Assembly: GCA_963703345.1 (NCBI GenBank)
Contig: OY969814.1
Span: forward strand, 1,568,001 to 1,632,000
Origin: an uncultured Chloroflexia bacterium
GTDB lineage: Bacteria; Chloroflexota; Dehalococcoidia; DSTF01; JALHUB01
Direction of reading: 5' to 3'
Length of the DNA stretch: 64,000 bases
Shown here: piece by piece, positions 58,501 through 64,000 of the stretch
How positions within the stretch are numbered: the stretch's first letter is position 1
Layout: every line of letters begins with the position of its first letter
Notes under the pieces: generated by a model
What the model was told of the DNA's origin: nothing
The model's input: the letters and a program-made list of their open reading frames with translations, nothing else
The model's database searches: none
Made by a program: the position numbers and the translations under genes

Positions 58501-59438
58501 CGGGCAAGCCTTTCCTTGATGAGCTTCGACGCCTCGTCGAACGGGTCGCTCGCCGACGCGTCCAGCCAGCGGATGCGTGGGTCGTCGCGGCGGAACCAGG
58601 CGTACTGCATGCGCGCCACGCGGTGCGTCTCCGTCTTCATCGTCGCCGCGACGTCGGCCAGCGACATCTCGCCCTGGAGGTGGCTGACGGCCTGTCGGTA
58701 GCCGATGCCCGACATGGGCGGCAGGTCGGCGGCATAGCCTCGCGCCAGCAACGCGCGGACCTCTTCGACGAGCCCGGACTCAGCCCCACGGGCAAGCATG
58801 CGGTCCACGCGCTCGTCGATGCGCTTGTATAGCTCGGCGCGCGGCCGGTCAATGGCAAGAATAAGCGGCTGGAACTCCGGCTGCAACTTTTGGCGCGACG
58901 CGGCGCCGACGGACTGTCGTTGGAGCTCCAGGGCGCGGACGAGCCGGCGGACGTTCCTGGCGTCGACATGGGCGGCGGCTGAGGCGTCGAGCGCCAGCAG
59001 CTCGCGGTAGAGGGCATCGGGACCTTCGCGCTCGGCACGCTCTTCCAGCGAGCGGCGCAGCGCGGCGTCGGGCGCAACGCGAGGCACTTGCCAGCCTTCG
59101 AGGAGGGCCCAGACGTACTGGCCGCTGCCGCCGACGAGAAAGGGCGTCCGGCGGCGTCGCCAGATGTCCGCCAGCGCCTCCTGCGCGAGGTCGAGGTAGT
59201 GCGTCAAGCTGAACTCGGCGTCGGGGTCGACTACGTCGATGAGCCAGTGAGGGACGGCGGCGCGCTCCTGGGGCGTCGGCTTGGCGGTGCCGACGTCCAT
59301 GAAACGATAGACCTGGCGGGAGTCGGCGGAGACGATTTCGCCGTCGAAGGCGAGCGCGAGGCGGAGGGCGAGTTCGCTCTTGCCGCCGGCGGTAGGCCCG
59401 ACGACGGCGATGAGCGGGTTTAGGGCGGCTTCAGCCAT
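58497..59438 (-). CDS. miaA: tRNA dimethylallyltransferase
   Basis: GPTAGGKS, SADSRQVY, GTAKP, VGGSGQY. Confidence 0.95.
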   Translation of the reverse strand: MAEAALNPLIAVVGPTAGGKSELALRLALAFDGEIVSADSRQVYRFMDVGTAKPTPQERAAVPHWLIDVVDPDAEFSLTHYLDLAQEALADIWRRRRTPFLVGGSGQYVWALLEGWQVPRVAPDAALRRSLEERAEREGPDALYRELLALDASAAAHVDARNVRRLVRALELQRQSVGAASRQKLQPEFQPLILAIDRPRAELYKRIDERVDRMLARGAESGLVEEVRALLARGYAADLPPMSGIGYRQAVSHLQGEMSLADVAATMKTETHRVARMQYAWFRRDDPRIRWLDASASDPFDEASKLIKERLAR

Positions 59439-59441
59439 CGC

Positions 59442-60209
59442 CTACTTGGTCGCGGAGATGCGGGCGGACTCGTTGACGATGCGGGCGAAGGAGTCGGCCT
59501 TGAGGCAGGCGCCGCCGACGAGCGCGCCGTCGATTTGTGGCTGAGCGATGAACTCGGCGATGTTGTCGGGGGTAACGCTGCCGCCGTAGAGGATGCGCAG
59601 TGAGTCGCCGCGGGCGACGTCGAAGAGAGCGGTCACTTCGGAGCGGATGAGGGCGATCGCTTCATTCGCCATGTCGCCGGTGGCCGCCTTGCCGGTACCG
59701 ATGGCCCAGACGGGCTCGTAAGCGATGGCGAAGCCGGCAGGCAGGTCGACGCCGGCGAGGGCGCCGCGGGTCTGGCGTATTAGGACTTCGGCGGTCTGGC
59801 CGTCTTCGCGCTGCTGCTCCGTCTCGCCGACGCAGAGGATGGGGCGCAGATTCGCGGCAAGGGCGGCCTTCACCTTCTTGTTCACCGTCTCGTCGGTCTC
59901 GCAGAAGTAGGCGCGGCGCTCGGAGTGGCCGATAATGACGAGCTCGATGAGGTCTTGCAGCATCGTCGGGCTCACTTCGCCGGTGAAGGCGCCCTGCGGC
60001 TCCCAGTGCAGGTTCTGCGCGCCGACCCTGATCGAGCTGCCCTTTAGCGACTCGGCGACGGACATGAGGAAGGGGAACGGCGGGCAGACCACCTTCTCGA
60101 CGCCAGCGATCCGGTCGACCAGATCGCGGACGGCATGGCTCAAGGCGAGAGCGCTCTCGGCGGTGGTGTGCATCTTCCAGTTGCCGGCGATGATTGGAAT
60201 GCGTTTCAC
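59442..60209 (-). CDS. tpiA: Triosephosphate isomerase
   Basis: AGNWKM, GHSERR, AYEPVWAIGTG, YGGSV. Confidence 0.97.
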   Translation of the reverse strand: MKRIPIIAGNWKMHTTAESALALSHAVRDLVDRIAGVEKVVCPPFPFLMSVAESLKGSSIRVGAQNLHWEPQGAFTGEVSPTMLQDLIELVIIGHSERRAYFCETDETVNKKVKAALAANLRPILCVGETEQQREDGQTAEVLIRQTRGALAGVDLPAGFAIAYEPVWAIGTGKAATGDMANEAIALIRSEVTALFDVARGDSLRILYGGSVTPDNIAEFIAQPQIDGALVGGACLKADSFARIVNESARISATK

Positions 60210-60211
60210 AG

Positions 60212-61414
60212 CTATGCTCCGTACTTGGTCAATCGTTGGGCGTTGGCAAGCGCCAGCGGCAATACAGCGGTCGCGGGCATCAGGCCCAGGCCGCCAGCGC
60301 GACAGCTATTCTCGTCGAAGGCTTCTACCCTGTCGGGGCGGCACCAGCGGGCGGCGATGACGAAGGGTACAGGGTGCCAACTATGGCCGGCCAGCAGCGA
60401 AGGGGTGGAGTGATCGCCGGCGACCATGAAGACGTCCGGGGCTAGCCCGCGCAGACGGGGGATGATGCAGTCGACCTCCTCCAGCGCGGCTACCTTTGCC
60501 GCGTAATCGCCGTCTTCGCCGCGGGAATCGGTCGTCTTGTAGTGGATGAAGAGAAAGTCGAAGTCCTGGTAGCGCTCCTCAAGCGTGGCCACCTCGTCCT
60601 CGATGGTCATCCCGGTCGGCAGGACCGTCATGCCGACGAGCTTGGCCAGGCCGCGGTACATGGGGTAGACGGCGACGGCGGCGGCGTTGAGGCCGAAGAC
60701 GTCGCCCATGTGCGGGATGTCCGGCCACCTGGAGAAGCCGCGCAGGAGCAGCCCGTTGGCGGGATGCTTGTCGGCGAGGCGCTTGGCGGCCTGCGCGATG
60801 AAGTCGTTGACAAGCTTGGCTGTCGCCTCCGCCTCCGGACGCTCTGCCTTCGCGGGCAGGGGCGGGACGCCGAGGCGCTGCGGGTCGGTGTCGGCGATGG
60901 CGCCGTCGAGCCCCTTGCCGCGCAGGACGACGAGGAAGCGGTGCTCGCGGACCGGCAGGACGAATACTTCGACGCCGGGCAGCGAGATGCTATGCAGGTC
61001 TTCGCAGAGAGCGGCGCAGGTCTCGGTGCTGATGCGCCCGGCACGCCTGTCGGTAATGCGCCCGTCGGAGCCGACGGTGCAGAAGTTGCCGCGGGCGGCC
61101 AGGTCTTCGCGGCGAAGATCGAAGTCGATGCCTAGCGCCTCGAGAACGCCGCGACCGACGTTGTACTTCAGCGGGTCGTAGCCGAAGAGGGCGAGATGGC
61201 CGGGACCGCTGCCGGGCGTGATGCCGGTACCCACCGGCACCGTTAACCCGCAGAGGCCGTCGGAGGCGAGGCGGTCCAGGTGGATCGTGTTCGCCTCCTC
61301 GAGCTCCGAACGGCCGGTCTCGGGACGGGGCAGGCCACCGAGGCCGTCGATGACCAGCAGGATGATCTTGCTGTCGTTCTTCACGACCAGCTCACGAATC
61401 ACGTCGAGGTTCAT
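60212..61414 (-). CDS. apgM: 2,3-bisphosphoglycerate-independent phosphoglycerate mutase (ApgM type)
   Basis: IDGLGG, PGSGPGHLALFGYDP, DRRAGRI, GDHSTP. Confidence 0.92.
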   Translation of the reverse strand: MNLDVIRELVVKNDSKIILLVIDGLGGLPRPETGRSELEEANTIHLDRLASDGLCGLTVPVGTGITPGSGPGHLALFGYDPLKYNVGRGVLEALGIDFDLRREDLAARGNFCTVGSDGRITDRRAGRISTETCAALCEDLHSISLPGVEVFVLPVREHRFLVVLRGKGLDGAIADTDPQRLGVPPLPAKAERPEAEATAKLVNDFIAQAAKRLADKHPANGLLLRGFSRWPDIPHMGDVFGLNAAAVAVYPMYRGLAKLVGMTVLPTGMTIEDEVATLEERYQDFDFLFIHYKTTDSRGEDGDYAAKVAALEEVDCIIPRLRGLAPDVFMVAGDHSTPSLLAGHSWHPVPFVIAARWCRPDRVEAFDENSCRAGGLGLMPATAVLPLALANAQRLTKYGA

Positions 61415-61431
61415 AGCGTCTCCAACGGATC

Positions 61432-61457
61432 GCGGGAGGACTGAAGTCCTCCCCTAC
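61432..61457 (-). repeat. GTAG-foot REP-like palindrome
   Basis: Reverse complement GTAGGGGAGGACTTCAGTCCTCCCGC, one mismatch to 13015-13040. Confidence 0.75.
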
Positions 61458-61483
61458 GAGGTATTTGCGCGATATCGTATGCG

Positions 61484-62683
61484 TCATTTCTTGTCCATGA
61501 GGGCGGCGACGCCCGGGAGCGTCTTGCCTTCCAGGTACTCCAAGGTGGCGCCGCCGCCGGTGGAGACGTGAGTGAACTTGTCCTCCAGGCCGGCCTCGTG
61601 GATGAGCGCGACCGTCTCGCCGCCGCCGACGATGGTCGTCGCCTTGTGGAGCTCGGCGAGCGCCTCCGCGAGGGCCAGCGAGCCCTCGGCGAAGGCCGGG
61701 TACTCCGCTACGCCGACGGGACCGTTCCAGAGGACCGTCATGCAGTCTTGGAGCGCCTCGCGGAAGCTGGAGACGGTATCAGGGCCGACGTCGACGATGC
61801 GCATGTCGCGCGGTATGTCTTCTACGGACACCGTCTCGGAGAGAGCGTCTTCGGCGATCCGGTCGGCGACGACGACGTCCTCGGGCAGGAAGAGCGGTAT
61901 GCCTTTATCGTCGGCCTGGCGCATGAGGTCGCGGGCGGTGTCTAGCTGCTCGTCCTCGACGAGCGACTGGCCGACTTCGACGCCGTTCGCCTTCAGCAGC
62001 GTCGAGGCCATGCCACCGCCGATGAGAAGGCAATCGATGCGCGACAGGAGGTTGCGGAGGACGCCGATCTTGGTGCTGATCTTGGCGCCGCCGATGATGG
62101 CCGCAAAGGGACGGGCCGGGTTGTGTAGCGCCTTATCCAGGTAGTCGATCTCCTTCTCCATGAGGAGGCCGGCGACGGCGGGCAGGTAGGCGGCAACGCC
62201 GACGGTGGAGGCGTGGGCACGGTGAGCCGTGCCAAAGGCATCGTTGACGAAGACGTCGGCGAGCTCCGCCAGGGCGTGGGACATCTTGGGGTCGTTCGCC
62301 TCTTCTTCGGGGAAGAAGCGGACGTTTTCCAGGAGGACCACGTCGCCGGGCTTCATCGCCTTGGTCGCTTCGACGGCTTTGGGGCCGATGACGTGGTAGA
62401 GCGTGTGGACGGGCGCGCCCAGGAGCTGGCTCAGCCGGTCGCCGATGCCCACGCGGGACATGCGCAGCTCCTCGACGACCTTGCCGTCGGGCCGGTCGAG
62501 GTGGGAGCAGAGGATGACGGCTGCGCCGTGGTCACGCAGGTACTGGATGGTCGGCAGGGCGGCGCGCAGGCGGCTGTCGTCGAGGATGCGGCCGGTCTCT
62601 TCGTCGAACGGAACGTTGAAATCGACGCGAACGAGGACGCGTTTGCCCTGAACATCGATGTCGCGGACTGTCATCTTGTTCAT
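61484..62683 (-). CDS. pgk: Phosphoglycerate kinase
   Basis: RVDFNVP, LLENVRF, DAFGTAHRAHAS, STGGGATLEYLEG. Confidence 0.97.
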   Translation of the reverse strand: MNKMTVRDIDVQGKRVLVRVDFNVPFDEETGRILDDSRLRAALPTIQYLRDHGAAVILCSHLDRPDGKVVEELRMSRVGIGDRLSQLLGAPVHTLYHVIGPKAVEATKAMKPGDVVLLENVRFFPEEEANDPKMSHALAELADVFVNDAFGTAHRAHASTVGVAAYLPAVAGLLMEKEIDYLDKALHNPARPFAAIIGGAKISTKIGVLRNLLSRIDCLLIGGGMASTLLKANGVEVGQSLVEDEQLDTARDLMRQADDKGIPLFLPEDVVVADRIAEDALSETVSVEDIPRDMRIVDVGPDTVSSFREALQDCMTVLWNGPVGVAEYPAFAEGSLALAEALAELHKATTIVGGGETVALIHEAGLEDKFTHVSTGGGATLEYLEGKTLPGVAALMDKK

Positions 62684-62854
62684 CGGTTCCCTCCGTCGAG
62701 CGTCCCACTGCAAGCCGCTGCGGGCCGGGGCCTCTGGCTGCCCTCAGCCTAAATGCTGGGGCACGGGAGTGCAAGGTTCGACTTCTTGACACGGCGGCCT
62801 GAAGCTTGCCCGCTGGCAGGCAGGGACGCGGCATTGAATCCGGTTCCATGCACG

Positions 62855-62934
62855 TTAGGTCTGGCGGTTGACGAAGTAATCGGCGAGAAGCCGGAGGTCG
62901 CGACGGCGCGCGGGGACGAGGTCAAGCGCGTCGA
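62855..62934 (-). pseudogene. Duplicated 3' end of the polyprenyl synthase gene
   Basis: DALDLVPARRRDLRLLADYFVNRQT* versus DALDLVPARRHDLDRLARYFVSRET*; 31-bp exact core. Confidence 0.8.
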
Positions 62935-63023
62935 ATGAGGCGGGGCGCTTGGGCGAGATCAGGAGAACCACTCTGAGGGTTGAAACCCTCAGCTTACGGG
63001 GGATAGCCGAGAGGTGGGTCAGG

Positions 63024-64000
63024 CTATGTTTCGCGGCTGACGAAATAGCGCGCAAGACGGTCCAGGTCGTGGCGGCGCGCGGGGACGAGGTCAAGCGCGT
63101 CGAGGAGGCGCAGGGCATCGGCGGCGAAGCGTTCGGCAGTTTCCTGAGCGCACACGCGGGCGCCGGAGCGCTCCAGGATCGCGACGGCCTGCGAAACATC
63201 GTCGTCGGTCAGCGCCTCCTTCGCGTAGATGGCGCGGAGGGAGGTGCGGTCGGACGGCGGCGCGTTCTCCAGCGCGTGGACGACGGGGAAGGATTTCTTG
63301 CGGGTGCGGACGTCGTCGCCGGTGGGCTTGCCGGTCTCCGCGCTGGCGCCCCAGATGCCGAGGACGTCGTCGCGAATCTGGAAGGCGAGGCCCAGCTTCT
63401 CGCCGAACTGCTCGAAGGCGCTCACGGCGGCAGGCGAGGCTTCGCCGACGAGGGCGCCGCTTCCCGCTGCGGCGGCGATGAGCGCGGCGGTCTTGCCGGA
63501 GACCATCGCCAGGTAGTCGTCGGCGGTTACGTCGAGGCGCTTTTCCAGGGCGAGGTCGAGGTACTGGCCCTCGCAGAGGCGCAGGGAAGCGGTGTCGAGG
63601 AGGCGGGCCACCGCCGCGAAGCGCCGGGCATCGACGTCAAGGTCGAGCAGGCGGTGCAACGCGACGTGGGCCAGCGCGAACATGCCGTCGCCAGCGTTGA
63701 CGGCGAGAGGGACGCCCCAGGCGCGCCAGAGGGTATCGCGGCCGTGGCGACGCGGGCTGCCGTCCTCGATATCGTCGTGGATGAGACTGAAGTTGTGCAG
63801 GAGCTCCAGCGCGGCCGCCAGGGGAAGCGCCGCCTCGGTGTCGCCGCCGACGGCCTCGCAGGCGCAGAGGCAGAGCAGGGGGCGGACGAGCTTGCCGCGG
63901 AGAGCGCCTTCGTCGTGCTCCCAGCCCAGGTGATAGCGCATGAGGTCGTAGTGCGGCAGGTCGCGGCCTTCGAAGACGCGGCGCAGCTCGGCATCGATGC
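63024..64000 (-). CDS. Polyprenyl diphosphate (GGPP-type) synthase, 5' end outside the window
   Basis: GKLVRP, LIHDDIED...RH, GQYLD, FQIRDDVLG; frame stays open to the window edge. Confidence 0.92.
   Translation of the reverse strand, partial: IDAELRRVFEGRDLPHYDLMRYHLGWEHDEGALRGKLVRPLLCLCACEAVGGDTEAALPLAAALELLHNFSLIHDDIEDGSPRRHGRDTLWRAWGVPLAVNAGDGMFALAHVALHRLLDLDVDARRFAAVARLLDTASLRLCEGQYLDLALEKRLDVTADDYLAMVSGKTAALIAAAAGSGALVGEASPAAVSAFEQFGEKLGLAFQIRDDVLGIWGASAETGKPTGDDVRTRKKSFPVVHALENAPPSDRTSLRAIYAKEALTDDDVSQAVAILERSGARVCAQETAERFAADALRLLDALDLVPARRHDLDRLARYFVSRET

Overview
GC-rich bacterial chromosomal window, most likely Chloroflexota/Dehalococcoidia (inferred from the tmRNA tag GEREFALVA, a Chloroflexi-type anti-sigma N-terminus, a Tad locus with no secretin, dapL and apgM). 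Left to right: a structured non-coding leftward transcript; a Tad/Flp pilus locus (two Flp pilins, VWA-FHA protein, ECF sigma/anti-sigma, cpaB-cpaE-cpaF-tadB-tadC-DUF192); a thiolase plus HMG-CoA-synthase-like/DUF35 pair; metabolic genes; small integrase-less islets at the 3' end of tmRNA (ssrA-smpB-ctpA); a UGA-containing SelW/Rdx selenoprotein missed by the ORF track; a lone SIR2-like gene; glcDEF; a c-di-GMP-I riboswitch in front of a FliA/WhiG (sigma28) gene beside HD-GYP and GGDEF genes; hflX with a probable ACG start; an XRE-ImmA/IrrE two-gene islet; and a dapL-dapF-miaA-tpiA-apgM-pgk-polyprenyl synthase block. Two main leads: (1) a possible closed c-di-GMP/sigma28 circuit, with sigma28-type promoters in front of Tad pilus genes, both GGDEF genes and the HD-GYP gene and no flagellar genes in the window; (2) accessory genes repeatedly bracketed by shared repeats or duplicated gene ends with no recombinase in view. 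All calls were made by eye; no database search was run.
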